Virus record (IMG/VR): IMGVR_UViG_3300037797_000117
Span: 32,001-96,000 of that record
DNA from: a virus
Strand: one strand, 5' to 3'
Length of the DNA stretch: 64,000 nt
The position numbers and the translations under genes are program-made. Positions 1-10,432 of this stretch are shown one piece after another (position 1 is the first letter of the stretch; each line of letters begins with the position of its first letter). The notes under the pieces were generated by a model, which saw nothing but the letters and a program-made list of their open reading frames with translations, ran no database searches and was not told the DNA's origin.

Positions 1-562
1 GGTGTCGACCACGCCCGGCTCCGGGATCGACCTGAGCCCGTTGCCGTCCGGGTGGGAAGACCTGGGCTGGTGCTCGACGGATGGCGTCACCTACGGCCGC
101 GAAACCGAGGTCAGCGAGGTCAACTCGTTCGGGTCGACCGAGCCGACCCGGGCAGACATCACCTCCGACACGATCACCATGTCTGTGACCGCTCAGGAGA
201 CTCGTCTCCTCACGGTCGGGTTGTACACCGGTGCCGATACGGCCGGTCTGGTTGCTGACGCGACGACGGGTGAGTTCTCCATCGCCAAGCCGTCCACGCC
301 GGGGTTCCGCTACTACCGGGTGCTGGGTTTGTTCGTGGACCGGGACGACAACGGTCGGGAAATCTTCATCGCCCGGTACATGCCAAGGGCGCGAATCACC
401 GAATTCGGCGAGCAACAGTACCAGTCGGGCGAAGACCCCGTCTCGTACAACATGACCTTTACGGGCTTTGAGGACAGCGTGGTCGGATATAGCCATCGGT
501 GGATCTTCGGCGGACCGGGCTGGTTCCCGCTTCTCGCCACCATGGGCATCCCCACCGCCTAA
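1..562 (+). CDS. Major tail tube protein, 5' partial
   Basis: WEDLGWCSTDGVTYGRE...FTGFEDSVVGYSHRWIFGGPGW resembles actinophage major tail proteins; lies upstream of the chaperones and tape measure. Confidence 0.85.
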   Translation, partial: VSTTPGSGIDLSPLPSGWEDLGWCSTDGVTYGRETEVSEVNSFGSTEPTRADITSDTITMSVTAQETRLLTVGLYTGADTAGLVADATTGEFSIAKPSTPGFRYYRVLGLFVDRDDNGREIFIARYMPRARITEFGEQQYQSGEDPVSYNMTFTGFEDSVVGYSHRWIFGGPGWFPLLATMGIPTA

Positions 563-652
563 CCCTTCTTCGTCGGCCAGGGCAGCCCAACGCGGGCGGC
601 TGCCCTGGCCTTCCTTCCGCACGCCCGCTCCAACGCCGAAGGAGATCCACCG

Positions 653-844
653 GTGGCCCGCAAGATCAAGCCCAAGACTTTCGTGCGCGACGGCGAGGTC
701 GCCTACGCGTACACCCCTGCCGACGAAGTCGGATTCGTCTACAACGGCTGGCGCGAGCAGAAGCCACCGCCGCCCGCCCCGGCCGCCGACAACACCGGCA
801 ACGCCGACAAGCCGAAGCCCGCGCCCAAGAAGGCCGCCGGCTAG
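653..844 (+). CDS. Small hypothetical tail-region protein (63 aa)
   Basis: RBS AAGGAG upstream; GC-rich hairpins on both sides. Confidence 0.6.
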   Translation: MARKIKPKTFVRDGEVAYAYTPADEVGFVYNGWREQKPPPPAPAADNTGNADKPKPAPKKAAG

Positions 845-968
845 CGACGGCTGCACACAGACGGTCGGGGCGGCGTTCTGGGTGGGCACGCCGCCCCGAC
901 CTTTCCCTTTCCCGGATCCGCCCGCCCCTCACCAACCCGACTCTTCAACCGAAGGAGCCCACCCGCTC

Positions 969-1283
969 ATGAGTAACACCATCGACGACAACCCGGCATT
1001 GGACCTAGACAAGCTCGAACGTGAAGGCGCACCCAAGCCGTTCGACTTCGTCCTGGACGGCCACCGGTACCTCATGTCCGACCCGCAGGAAGTCGACTGG
1101 CAGGACATGCTTGCCGCGTTGCAGAACCCGGTCATGTTCTTCCGGCTCGTGCTGCCCGCCGACGACCAGCAGCAGTTCTTCCGGACCAAGCTGCCGGCCT
1201 GGCGGATGAACAAACTCATGCAGGCCTACCAGGACCACTACGGGCTGCCGAGCGCGGGAAATGTCGGCGGCTTGCCGCGCTGA
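969..1283 (+). CDS. Tail assembly chaperone (gpG-like)
   Basis: RBS GAAGGAG; position before the tape measure; slippery GGGAAAT near the 3' end. Confidence 0.85.
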   Translation: MSNTIDDNPALDLDKLEREGAPKPFDFVLDGHRYLMSDPQEVDWQDMLAALQNPVMFFRLVLPADDQQQFFRTKLPAWRMNKLMQAYQDHYGLPSAGNVGGLPR

Positions 1284-1735
1284 TCGCCCGGTACGGCAAA
1301 GCCCTCGAGTACGACCTGCTGAACCTGCCGGCCCGGCTCGACCTGGCCACCGAATGGCGGTCCCGGCGATGGCGCCGCCTGCTCAACATCATCGACCAGC
1401 TTCCCCGTAACTCCCGTTACGTCGAAGCCCGGTTCGAGGACGAACAGATGGCCGAGGCGTACGTCGAGTACGGCCCTGCCGAAGACAAGTCGGCGCCGGG
1501 ACGGCGCATGTCGGACTGGTCTGCGCAGACCGAGTTGCTGACCGCGATCCTTAACCGGCTCGGTGAGATGACCCAGGCGTTGGCGTCCCTCGGTGGTGCG
1601 AAACCCCGCCCGGTCCCGCCGGCGCCGGTGCCGGTCGGTGCGTTGGAGAAGGTCCGCAACCGGCGCCGCCTTCAGAAACACAAGTCGCTGGTTGCCCGGC
1701 TGCTACCCAACCGCGGGCCCGATCCCCGTTCCTGA
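1256..1735 (+). CDS. Tail assembly chaperone -1 frameshift extension (gpGT-like)
   Basis: The -1 frame from G-GGA-AAT (1256-1262) is open as GKCRRLAALIARYGKALEYDL... into ORF 1448-1735. Confidence 0.8.
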   Translation, partial: GKCRRLAALIARYGKALEYDLLNLPARLDLATEWRSRRWRRLLNIIDQLPRNSRYVEARFEDEQMAEAYVEYGPAEDKSAPGRRMSDWSAQTELLTAILNRLGEMTQALASLGGAKPRPVPPAPVPVGALEKVRNRRRLQKHKSLVARLLPNRGPDPRS

Positions 1736-1753
1736 CGGAGAGGGGCCCGCCGC

Positions 1754-4700
1754 ATGTACAGCGTTGGCACCGCATACCTCAGCGTTGTTCCTTCGTTCCG
1801 CAATATTGAGCGGGAGTTCCGTCAGGTCTCCGAGCGGCTCGGCCGTGAGGTAGATGCCGCGATCGCCCGGGCCATCCCGGAAGGTGTGCGGGAGGGTGCC
1901 GCCCGGGCGTCGGAAACGGCCGCGCGGGAAGGTGCCCGGTCCGGGCAGGCCTACGCCGGTGCGTGGCGCAACGCCATGGACCGGCACCTGCGCGGAATGA
2001 TGTCCCGCCTCGGCGACGACGCCCGCGACGAAATCAAGGACATCGCCAAGGACCTGGGCGAGCTCCGCGACGCGGTCATCAACGTCGACGTCGACTCCGA
2101 CTTCGCCATGTTGGAGTTCCGCCGCATCCGGGACCGGATCCGGGAGCTGCAACGCGAAGACCACACCATCGAGATGCACTTCAACCTCGCCGAGGTCATG
2201 CGCGAGGCGGAGCAGATCGAGCGGGCGTTGCGGGACAGCCGTTCGGAGATGGAACGGGCCCACGAGCAGGCCCTGTCCGACGACCAGCGCCGCGACGCCG
2301 ACCGGGCACGGCGGCAGCGTGAGCTCAACGAAAACATGCAGCGGTTCCTGCGGGACCAGAACCGCATGGAAGACGAGGCGTACCGGGAGAACGCCCGCCG
2401 CGACAACGATCGGGCACGGCGGCAGCGGGAACTGAACGAGGGCGCCCGCCGGTTCCTGATCGAGCAGCAGCGGATGCTGCGCGAGGCCTACGACGAGAAC
2501 GAGCGCCGCGACCGGGACATGCGCCGCCGCCTCGGTGGTGCCTACGGCGAGCAGGCGCAGCGGCGCACCACCGCGGCCCGCGACGCCATCCCCGACTTCA
2601 TGGCCCGCGATGTCCAGTCGCGGCTGCGGATGACCGGTGTCCAGGTGGAGCTGGCCCAGATCCGGGCCCAGTTCGACCGGCTCAGCAACCTCACCGTCGA
2701 CGTCGACATTCCCGCCGCCCAGTACCAGGCGGAGCTGGCAGCACTCATCGCCCGGCTGGAAGCGGTCGAGGCCAACGAGGTCGACATCGACATTCAGGCA
2801 CACACCCGCGCCGCGTTGGCAGAGGTCCGTGCGTTGACCGGGCACATGCGCCGGGCCGGCGACGACGCCGGCGACGCGTGGGGCGGGTCGTTCGTCCGGA
2901 ACATCCGCGAATCGGTGCGCCGGGTCGCCGCCACGATCTCCGACATTGAGATCGACGCGGACACCACCCCGTTCCAGCTCGCGTTGGGTGAGGTCCGGGC
3001 ACGCCTGCTGACGTTGGGCAACGTCCGCATCGGCGTCGACATGGACCTGGCCCAGTTCCTGGTCGAGGTCGAGGCAATCGAGCGGGAACTCGCCGATCTG
3101 GAACTCGACGGCGACGTCGATATCCACACCCGGCTGGAAGCCGCCGCGACCCGGGCCGGGCTGGTACAGCTTCACAACCAGATCAACCAGATCGACCGGG
3201 ACGACATCACCGTCAACGTCGACACCGACCGGGCCGTGTTCAGCCTGCGCAACTTCGCCGACAACGTCGGCATCTCGATGTCCCGGCTCGGCCTGCTCAT
3301 CTCGCTCGGTGCGTCGCTGGGTACCGCCATCGTCCCGGCCGCGGCAGCCGCGGCGGCGTCGATCTCTGCGATCGCAACGGCGGCGTCGGCGGCGGTGCTC
3401 GGCATCGGCGTGTTCGCGTTGGGCATCTTCGGCACGTTCAAAGCGATCGGCGCGCTCAACCAGTACCAGAAGGATGCCGACAAGTCAGCCCAGAACCTGT
3501 CGGCGTCGCAGTCCCGCGTCGCCGGCGCCATGGACCAGGTGGCAGGCGCGGCCGCCGGTGTCCGCTCGGCTGAGCGGAACCTGATCCGCGCGCAGAAAGA
3601 CGCCGTCGACTCGGTCCGGGACCTGGTCAGGGCCCGTGAGGAAGCCCGCCGGCAGCTCGAAGACATGAAGCTGGCGGTCAAGGACAACGCGTTGGCCCTG
3701 CGGCAGGCCCGCCTCGACGAGGCCGAAGCCAAGAAGGACCTGGACGCGGTTCTGGCCAACCCGCGGGCCAGTGAGGCCGACCGGGAACAGGCCCGCATCA
3801 CCTACGAGCAGCGGGTTCTTCAGATCGAGGAACTGAGCCTGCGGCAGGACCGGCTGTCCAAAGACGAGGAAGTGGCCCGGAAGAAAGGCATCGAAGGCAG
3901 CGACCAGGTCCAGGCCGCGCAGGAACGTATCGCGTCTGCGATCGAGGCCGTCGCCGACGCGCAGGGTTCGGTGGCGTCCAGCCACCGGTCGTTGGAAGCC
4001 GCCAACCGGGCATTGCAGCAGAGCTACGAGAAGACCGGTGTCGCCGGTGGCGACGCGTTGCGCAACATGCGTGAGGCCATGGATGCCCTGTCCCCGGCCG
4101 GGCAGCGGTTCGCGCTGTTCATCTTCTCCCTGAAGGACGAATTCAAGGGGCTCCAGGCCGCGGCTGAGGAAGGTCTGCTGCCCGGGTTGCAGCAGGCCAT
4201 CACGAACATGCTGCCGTACCTGGCTCCGTTGCAGAACCTGATCGGCCGGGTTGCGCAGGCGCTGGGCCGAGGGTTCGTCATGGCGACGGAACAGTTGAAG
4301 GACCCGGTGTGGCAGCGGTTCTTCGGCTACCTGTCGGCCACGGCCGTGCCGGTTCTCGAAGGAATGTTCACGTTCATGATGAACGTGGGCAAAGGCATTG
4401 CCGGTATTCTGCTGGGCCTGTCCGGGTTCAACGGGCCCATCGGCCAGGGCGTTCTGCAATGGTCTGAAGACTTCGCCGCGTGGGGGTCGACGCTCGACTC
4501 TAACCAGGGCTGGCAGAAATTCCTGCAATACGTCCGCGATTCGTGGCCGGAAGTCCGCGATTTCTTCGCCGGGCTGTGGGATTTCACGAAGAAGTTTGTT
4601 GCGGCCGCAGCGCCCATCGGTGAATGGGTGGTTGGTGCGTTCGCGAAGGTTTTCGAGTGGATGAACAAACTCGACACCGACACGTGGACGATCATCATCG

Positions 4701-6415
4701 GGTCGATCGCGGGTGTGGGTGCCGCCCTGCTCGTCGTTGCCGGGATCACCTCGGTCATCACGACCGGCTGGGCCGGCCTGATCGTGGCCCTGATCGGCCT
4801 GATCGCCGCTGAGTGGACGTTCCTGTATCAGAAGATCGAGCCGGTCCGGGTCATCATGCAGGCCCTGTGGGCGGCGACGGTTACCGGGTTCACCTGGATG
4901 TGGCAGTCCGTTCTCAAGCCCGGGTTCTCGGCGTTGATGACCGCCATCCGGTTTCTCGGCGACGTCGCGATGTGGCTGTGGGAACACATCTTCCGGAACG
5001 TATTCCAGTGGATCCAGGCTGGTTTTTCCATTTTGTGGGCGGCGTTCCAGGTCGGTGTTGGTCTGTTCCAGATTGCCCTCAAATGGTGGGGCAACATGTT
5101 CAGCTGGTGGAACCAGACCTACCTTCAGCCGTTCATCCGGCTGCTTACGCCGTTCTTCCGGTGGATCGCCGACATTTGGGAAAAGGATGTTCTCCCGAAT
5201 ACGAAGCGCGGGTTGAGGTTCCTTTCCGACGCGTTCGACACGTTGAAGGAAAGCCTGAAGATACCGATCAAGTTCATCGTGAATACGATTCTGAACGACG
5301 GGTTGCTCAAGGGCTACAACGCCATTGCGAAGTTCTTCGGTGTCAAACCCGACGACGTGAAAATTGACCTGCCGAAGGGGTTCCACAGCGGCGGCGCGGT
5401 ACGGGGGAAGGGTTCCGCCACCTCGGATTCGATCGTGGCGCGGCTGTCCGACGGCGAGCATGTTCTCACCGCGTTGGAGGTGGCCAAGCTCGGCGGCCAG
5501 GACCAGGTGTACCGGCTGCGGTCGATGATCCGCCACGGTGTGCTGCCTGGGTTCGCGGCCGGCGGCGCGGTGTCGAAGTCGGGCGACGAGTCGTGGTTCG
5601 AGAAGCTCAAGCGCAGGGCCGGAGACATTGTCGGCGGCATCACCAACTTCCTGTCCGACCCGTCCGGGTCGCTCAAGGCGTTGCTGGACAAGCTGCTCGC
5701 CCTGGTGCCGGGCAAGGAGTCCGGGGCGGCGCAGGTCGCGGTGGGGGTTCCGAAGAAGGTTCTCGGCCTCGCGCTGGAGAAGGTCAAGGATGTTCTGACG
5801 TTCGGGTCCGGGGATACCGGTCCGACCGGGCCGGGTCCGGGGTTCCTTCCGTGGCCGAGTTCGCCGGGTGCGCAGCGTGGAAATACAGGTGTCTGGAAAA
5901 ACATCCTTGCCCTGATTCGTTCCACTGGGCCCGCATCTGGGTCGTTTGGTAACGCTTACCGCCCAGGTGACCCACTTTGGCATGGCAGCGGAAGGGCTGT
6001 CGACTGGATGGGCTACAACCAGGACGCTTTGGCCCAATTTTTCATGAATATGCAGGGCCGTGTCCTGGAGCTCATCCACACCACCGACCGGGGCGGCTAC
6101 TACATCAGCCGCGGTCGGCGCCGGTCCAGCATGGGCCGGCAGGATGCCTTGCACCGCAATCATATTCATATCGCCATGGACCAGGGCGGATGGCTCGATC
6201 CGGGCTATTCGGGCATTGTGAATCAGACGGGGCTACCCGAAGCCGTCCTCACCAACCGGCAGTGGCGGGACATCTCCGCCCTCGCCCGCGGCGGCGACGG
6301 CGCCAGCGCACCCACCTACCAGTTCGCGTTCCGCGATACCACGCTCGACCCGGGCCGGCTACGCGCCATCCAGGACCGCGAAGCCGCCCGGGAACGGCAG
6401 GGCCGCGCACGCTGA
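1754..6415 (+). CDS. Tape measure protein with probable C-terminal cell-wall peptidase domain
   Basis: 1553 aa, helical Ala-rich with Trp repeats; GTAYLSVVPSF N-terminus; SDSIVARLSDGEHVL motif; C-terminal WHGSGRAVD...HRNHIHIA (M15-like). Confidence 0.92.
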   Translation: MYSVGTAYLSVVPSFRNIEREFRQVSERLGREVDAAIARAIPEGVREGAARASETAAREGARSGQAYAGAWRNAMDRHLRGMMSRLGDDARDEIKDIAKDLGELRDAVINVDVDSDFAMLEFRRIRDRIRELQREDHTIEMHFNLAEVMREAEQIERALRDSRSEMERAHEQALSDDQRRDADRARRQRELNENMQRFLRDQNRMEDEAYRENARRDNDRARRQRELNEGARRFLIEQQRMLREAYDENERRDRDMRRRLGGAYGEQAQRRTTAARDAIPDFMARDVQSRLRMTGVQVELAQIRAQFDRLSNLTVDVDIPAAQYQAELAALIARLEAVEANEVDIDIQAHTRAALAEVRALTGHMRRAGDDAGDAWGGSFVRNIRESVRRVAATISDIEIDADTTPFQLALGEVRARLLTLGNVRIGVDMDLAQFLVEVEAIERELADLELDGDVDIHTRLEAAATRAGLVQLHNQINQIDRDDITVNVDTDRAVFSLRNFADNVGISMSRLGLLISLGASLGTAIVPAAAAAAASISAIATAASAAVLGIGVFALGIFGTFKAIGALNQYQKDADKSAQNLSASQSRVAGAMDQVAGAAAGVRSAERNLIRAQKDAVDSVRDLVRAREEARRQLEDMKLAVKDNALALRQARLDEAEAKKDLDAVLANPRASEADREQARITYEQRVLQIEELSLRQDRLSKDEEVARKKGIEGSDQVQAAQERIASAIEAVADAQGSVASSHRSLEAANRALQQSYEKTGVAGGDALRNMREAMDALSPAGQRFALFIFSLKDEFKGLQAAAEEGLLPGLQQAITNMLPYLAPLQNLIGRVAQALGRGFVMATEQLKDPVWQRFFGYLSATAVPVLEGMFTFMMNVGKGIAGILLGLSGFNGPIGQGVLQWSEDFAAWGSTLDSNQGWQKFLQYVRDSWPEVRDFFAGLWDFTKKFVAAAAPIGEWVVGAFAKVFEWMNKLDTDTWTIIIGSIAGVGAALLVVAGITSVITTGWAGLIVALIGLIAAEWTFLYQKIEPVRVIMQALWAATVTGFTWMWQSVLKPGFSALMTAIRFLGDVAMWLWEHIFRNVFQWIQAGFSILWAAFQVGVGLFQIALKWWGNMFSWWNQTYLQPFIRLLTPFFRWIADIWEKDVLPNTKRGLRFLSDAFDTLKESLKIPIKFIVNTILNDGLLKGYNAIAKFFGVKPDDVKIDLPKGFHSGGAVRGKGSATSDSIVARLSDGEHVLTALEVAKLGGQDQVYRLRSMIRHGVLPGFAAGGAVSKSGDESWFEKLKRRAGDIVGGITNFLSDPSGSLKALLDKLLALVPGKESGAAQVAVGVPKKVLGLALEKVKDVLTFGSGDTGPTGPGPGFLPWPSSPGAQRGNTGVWKNILALIRSTGPASGSFGNAYRPGDPLWHGSGRAVDWMGYNQDALAQFFMNMQGRVLELIHTTDRGGYYISRGRRRSSMGRQDALHRNHIHIAMDQGGWLDPGYSGIVNQTGLPEAVLTNRQWRDISALARGGDGASAPTYQFAFRDTTLDPGRLRAIQDREAARERQGRAR

Positions 6416-6460
6416 CCGTCATCGACCAGCCACCACACCCCGAACGGAGGTGGCTGGTCG

Positions 6461-7357
6461 ATGACGTTCCCCCTCAGCGACGTCGGAACGATCTACGCCA
6501 CGTGGACCGACCCGACCGGCGTTGAATGGCCCCTTACCGACAAAACCCCCGACCGGGGCTACCACACCACCCGCGGCATCGCCGGGTGGGGCGCCATGCC
6601 GTACGAGATCGTCACCGACCCGCAGGCCCGCGGCGGCGAAACGGTCCGCCACGTCCGGCAGCTCCCGGCCCGGCTGACGTGGCCCCTCAACATCTGGGGC
6701 GACACACACCTCGAGTTCGTCGACCGGTACCGGGCGTTACGCCGCGCCATCATGATGACGGTCCACCGCGGGCAGCCAGGCCGGTTGACGGTGATGCGGA
6801 GCGACGGCTCAGGCCGGTTCATCGAAGCGTTCTACGAAGACGGCTGGGGCGGCGAAAGCGGCGAAAACTGGCTGTTTGCCAACCCGGTGGTCACCTTCTA
6901 CTGCCCGGACGGGGCGTGGAAGGACATCGAACGTGTCGTCGAGACACGCACCTTCGGCACCGCCGGCACCCTCGTGTCGTTCCTCGCCCCGTTCCCGACA
7001 TTCTCCGCCGGGCAGAGCGGTGGCTCGCCGACCCTGACCAACCCCGGCGAGCTGGTCGCCTGGCCGGAGTGGGTCATCACCGGCCCGGCCTCCGGCATCA
7101 CCGGCACCAACGTCACCACCGGGAAGTCGTTCAGCCTCGTCTACGACCTGGCCGCCGGGGAGTCCATCACGGTAACCACCGACCGTCCGACGGTGCGCGG
7201 CCCGGCCGGGCAGAACCTCGTCAACGCCTTGAACTGGCCAACCGCGTACCTGTGGGGGCTGGAACCCGGCGACAACACCGTCGAGTTCTCCATCGGCGGG
7301 TCCGGCATCGGAACCACGATCGAAATCTCGTTCTATCCCCGTTACGAAGGTGCCTGA
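6461..7357 (+). CDS. Distal tail (Dit)-like minor tail protein
   Basis: Follows the tape measure; TNPGELVAWPEWVITGP and LWGLEPGDN motifs. Confidence 0.85.
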   Translation: MTFPLSDVGTIYATWTDPTGVEWPLTDKTPDRGYHTTRGIAGWGAMPYEIVTDPQARGGETVRHVRQLPARLTWPLNIWGDTHLEFVDRYRALRRAIMMTVHRGQPGRLTVMRSDGSGRFIEAFYEDGWGGESGENWLFANPVVTFYCPDGAWKDIERVVETRTFGTAGTLVSFLAPFPTFSAGQSGGSPTLTNPGELVAWPEWVITGPASGITGTNVTTGKSFSLVYDLAAGESITVTTDRPTVRGPAGQNLVNALNWPTAYLWGLEPGDNTVEFSIGGSGIGTTIEISFYPRYEGA

Positions 7358-7373
7358 AAGGCGGTAGACGCGA

Positions 7374-8015
7374 ATGGCCCGCCTGCCCATCGACGCCGCC
7401 GACACCAACGTGTGGGGGCAACTCCTCAACGAGTACCTGCTGGTGTCCCACCTCGACGACGGCGCGGTCAAAGTCGTCCCGGCCAACCTTGGTTCTCCAC
7501 TGACCAGCGGCGAGGCATCGTTCGACCGCAAGTTCATCGGCCAGCCCGGTGCCGGAGCCAGCGGCGAGGTACTCCTGACGTACTTCACTGCCTGCAAGAC
7601 CGAAACCATCACCCAGGTCGCCATGTACTCCGTCACCGCGGCCGCCACTGCCACTTTGATCCGGTACGGGGTGTACTCCGTCGCCGGCAACGGCGACCTC
7701 GCACTGATCACGGGCACCGTCAACGACCTGACCGTGTTCGCCTCCACCAATACCCGGTACGTGCGGACCCTGGCCGCCCCGTGGAACAAGGTGGCCGGCA
7801 CCCGGTACGCCGTCGGGCACCTCGTCGTTGCGACCACCCCACCGTCGGTGTACGGATCGACCGACGCAACCGCTGGCACCGTCCTGGACGCGGTGTGGGC
7901 GATCGAACCTCGCATGTCCGGGGTACGGACCGGGCAGTCGGACCTGCCGGCGTCCATCACCTCAGCCAACGTGGTCGCCAACCGCCGCGGCCCGTACTTC
8001 GAACTCATCCCCTGA
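7374..8015 (+). CDS. Minor tail / baseplate-associated protein
   Basis: Beta-rich Thr/Ala protein within the tail operon. Confidence 0.65.
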   Translation: MARLPIDAADTNVWGQLLNEYLLVSHLDDGAVKVVPANLGSPLTSGEASFDRKFIGQPGAGASGEVLLTYFTACKTETITQVAMYSVTAAATATLIRYGVYSVAGNGDLALITGTVNDLTVFASTNTRYVRTLAAPWNKVAGTRYAVGHLVVATTPPSVYGSTDATAGTVLDAVWAIEPRMSGVRTGQSDLPASITSANVVANRRGPYFELIP

Positions 8016-8052
8016 CCTGCCCTGCCCGGCTCGCGCGATGTGGGGGTGACGG

Positions 8053-9294
8053 GTGGCTTACGGCCTTGGCCAGTACGGCGCCGGACCGTACGGCATCCTG
8101 CCCCCGCTCCCGGCCACCGTCGCCCCGGTCGTCCCGGAGGACTACCTGGTGCTGGTCACCGACCGGGACCTCAACGTCGTCGGTGACCCGATCACATGCT
8201 GGTCCCAGCTCGACGTGACGTTGCGGTTCAACGAGCCCGGATCCGGGATTCTGTACGTCCCCGCGTACGACTGGGTGCGGGAACAGATGGTGCCGGGCAA
8301 CCGGATCGTCGTCATCCGCAACGGGCAGGTCCTGATCGCCGGGCCGTGGGAGGAGAAGCTCCACGAACGGTCCGACGACGGGGAAAACGCCGGCGTCGGC
8401 CGGCTCACCGTCGCCTTCGCCGACGACCTGGCGTCGCTGGCCGCGCGGTGCGTGTACCCGGAGCCGAACCAGACCCCGGAAACGCAGGTCCTCGACTTCT
8501 ACGAGTTCACCGGGAACGCGGAGACGTCGCTGCGGCAGCTCGCCGACGGTGCCGGCGGGCCGGGTGCGTTACCGGACCGGCGCATCCCGCGGCTGGCGAT
8601 TGCGCACGGCATCGGCGTCGGCACCAACGTCGTGGTCAAGGCGCAGCGGCACGCGCCGTGGGGCGACGTGGCCCGCGATATCGCGCAGATCGGCGGCAAC
8701 CTCGGGTTCCGGATCCGGCAGGACGGCAACATCCTCCTGTTCGAGGTGTACCTGCCGACCGACAAATCCAGCGAGGTCCGGTTCTCGTTCGGGCTGGGCA
8801 ACCTGCGCTACGTCAGCCACGAACAGAAGGCACCCACCGCCACCGCGGTCGCGGTCGGTGGCCAAGGTGAAGGCGCCGAACGGGCCATGATCGAACGGGT
8901 CAATGTGGTGGAACACGCCGCGTGGGGCCGGTTTGAAAAGTTCGTCGCCCGCGGCGGGTCGTCGCCCCTGCAGGAACTCCAGGACGACGGGGACCTGGCC
9001 CTCGCCGAAGGTGCCGCCACCGTGCGGATGACCGCCAACGTGTCCGACTCCCCCGACCAGCAGTTCGGCGTCCACTACCGGGTCGGGGACATCGTCGCGA
9101 TCGAACCGGCCGACGGTGAACAGATCGCCGACGTCGTCCGCGTCGTCCACCTTCAGGTCCACGCCACCAGCGGCGAGTACGTCGCGGCGACCGTCGGCAA
9201 CCAGTCCGCCACCACCGACCCGATGTGGCTTCAGAAGACCCGCGACATTGAATCCCGGCTGGGCCGCGTCGAGCGGGCCGTCACCCCGGGCTGA
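8053..9294 (+). CDS. Minor tail protein (siphovirus Gp37-like family)
   Basis: LRFNEPGSG, VGGQGEGAER, QFGVHYRVGDIV motifs. Confidence 0.85.
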   Translation: MAYGLGQYGAGPYGILPPLPATVAPVVPEDYLVLVTDRDLNVVGDPITCWSQLDVTLRFNEPGSGILYVPAYDWVREQMVPGNRIVVIRNGQVLIAGPWEEKLHERSDDGENAGVGRLTVAFADDLASLAARCVYPEPNQTPETQVLDFYEFTGNAETSLRQLADGAGGPGALPDRRIPRLAIAHGIGVGTNVVVKAQRHAPWGDVARDIAQIGGNLGFRIRQDGNILLFEVYLPTDKSSEVRFSFGLGNLRYVSHEQKAPTATAVAVGGQGEGAERAMIERVNVVEHAAWGRFEKFVARGGSSPLQELQDDGDLALAEGAATVRMTANVSDSPDQQFGVHYRVGDIVAIEPADGEQIADVVRVVHLQVHATSGEYVAATVGNQSATTDPMWLQKTRDIESRLGRVERAVTPG

Positions 9295-9341
9295 CCAACC
9301 ATTCGTAACCGCCGGCCGGCCCGGCAGAAAGGGGCCGAGCT

Positions 9342-10397
9342 GTGGCCGAGACTTCGTGGCCCACCGTCGCCGGTGCCCGGGCCGTCACCGACGACCAGTG
9401 GGAGTTGATGTCTGCGGCGTTCGCCGCCGACGGGGTTCAGGGTGCGTGGACCAGTTCGTCGCCTGTATTCGGTGACTCGTCCGGGCGGCAGGTGAAGGTC
9501 CGCTCCGCGCAGCTCGCCGTCGTCGGCGGCCACGGCTACAGCTCCGGCACCTCCGACACCATCAAATCGATCTCGGCCAACTCGTCCGGATCGACCCGCA
9601 TCGACATGGTGGTGCTCGGGTTGAGCCGCACCACGTGGGCGGTCACCTCATACGTTAAGACCGGCACTCCCGGGGCGGGGGCGCCGCCGGCGTTGACCCG
9701 TAACGCCCGCGGCGGGTCGACCGGCGTGTGGGAAATCCCCCTCGCCATGGTGACCGTCGTCAACGGGGCGGCAACCATCGCCGCCGGCGACGTCACCAAC
9801 ATCGCCTGGTACAGCCGTGGCGAGACGGTGGCAACGTCGTCGGCGACACCGCCGCAGCCCGACGCGGCCAGCTACTCCCGGATGATGCACACCGACACCG
9901 GTCACGAATTCGACTCGGTGTCCGGGGCGTGGCGCCGCTCACCGTGGCAGGTGTCACGCGGCGTGGTCGGCGGCAAAAGGTACAACGCCAACGCGATCAT
10001 CGCGGCCGGTATCTCCACGTCGGAGTCGGTGCTGAACATGAATTCCGGCTCGGTCGTGTTGGAAGCCAACCGGCGGTTCCGGCTGCAATCCAACCTGAGA
10101 CTCCAGGCCGCCTCGTCCAACACGTACTTCATCTACCGGCTCCGGGAAACCGACCTTTTCGGAACCATCGTCGGATACGCCGAACAGTTCATCACCGGCA
10201 GCGGCGCACCGCACAACTTCACGTTCGAAGACGAAATCGCCACCTCGTCGTCGATCACCCGGACCTACGTTCCGACCCTGCAACGCATCGGCGGTGGCAA
10301 CCTGACCGCCTTCACCGGCGCCACGTTCCTCACGTGCGGCGTCTGGGTCATCGACGTCGGCCCGTCCGCGCCCGACGTCGTCACCATCGTTCCCTGA
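9342..10397 (+). CDS. Minor tail / tail fibre (receptor-binding) protein
   Basis: ISANSSGSTRIDMVVL and WEIPLAMVTV upper-baseplate motifs followed by a variable beta-rich C-terminus. Confidence 0.75.
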   Translation: MAETSWPTVAGARAVTDDQWELMSAAFAADGVQGAWTSSSPVFGDSSGRQVKVRSAQLAVVGGHGYSSGTSDTIKSISANSSGSTRIDMVVLGLSRTTWAVTSYVKTGTPGAGAPPALTRNARGGSTGVWEIPLAMVTVVNGAATIAAGDVTNIAWYSRGETVATSSATPPQPDAASYSRMMHTDTGHEFDSVSGAWRRSPWQVSRGVVGGKRYNANAIIAAGISTSESVLNMNSGSVVLEANRRFRLQSNLRLQAASSNTYFIYRLRETDLFGTIVGYAEQFITGSGAPHNFTFEDEIATSSSITRTYVPTLQRIGGGNLTAFTGATFLTCGVWVIDVGPSAPDVVTIVP

Positions 10398-10432
10398 CCC
10401 CGACAACTCCGGCGGGGGTGGCTGTGGCCTTC

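Noticed and set aside
2285-2520. Tandem repeat of about 36 aa in the tape measure N-terminus
   Set aside because: Ordinary helical repeat expansion in tape measure proteins
3485-6169. 894-aa reverse-strand ORF and similar long antisense or alternative-frame ORFs
   Set aside because: Shadow ORFs of high-GC3 genes with no recognisable motifs
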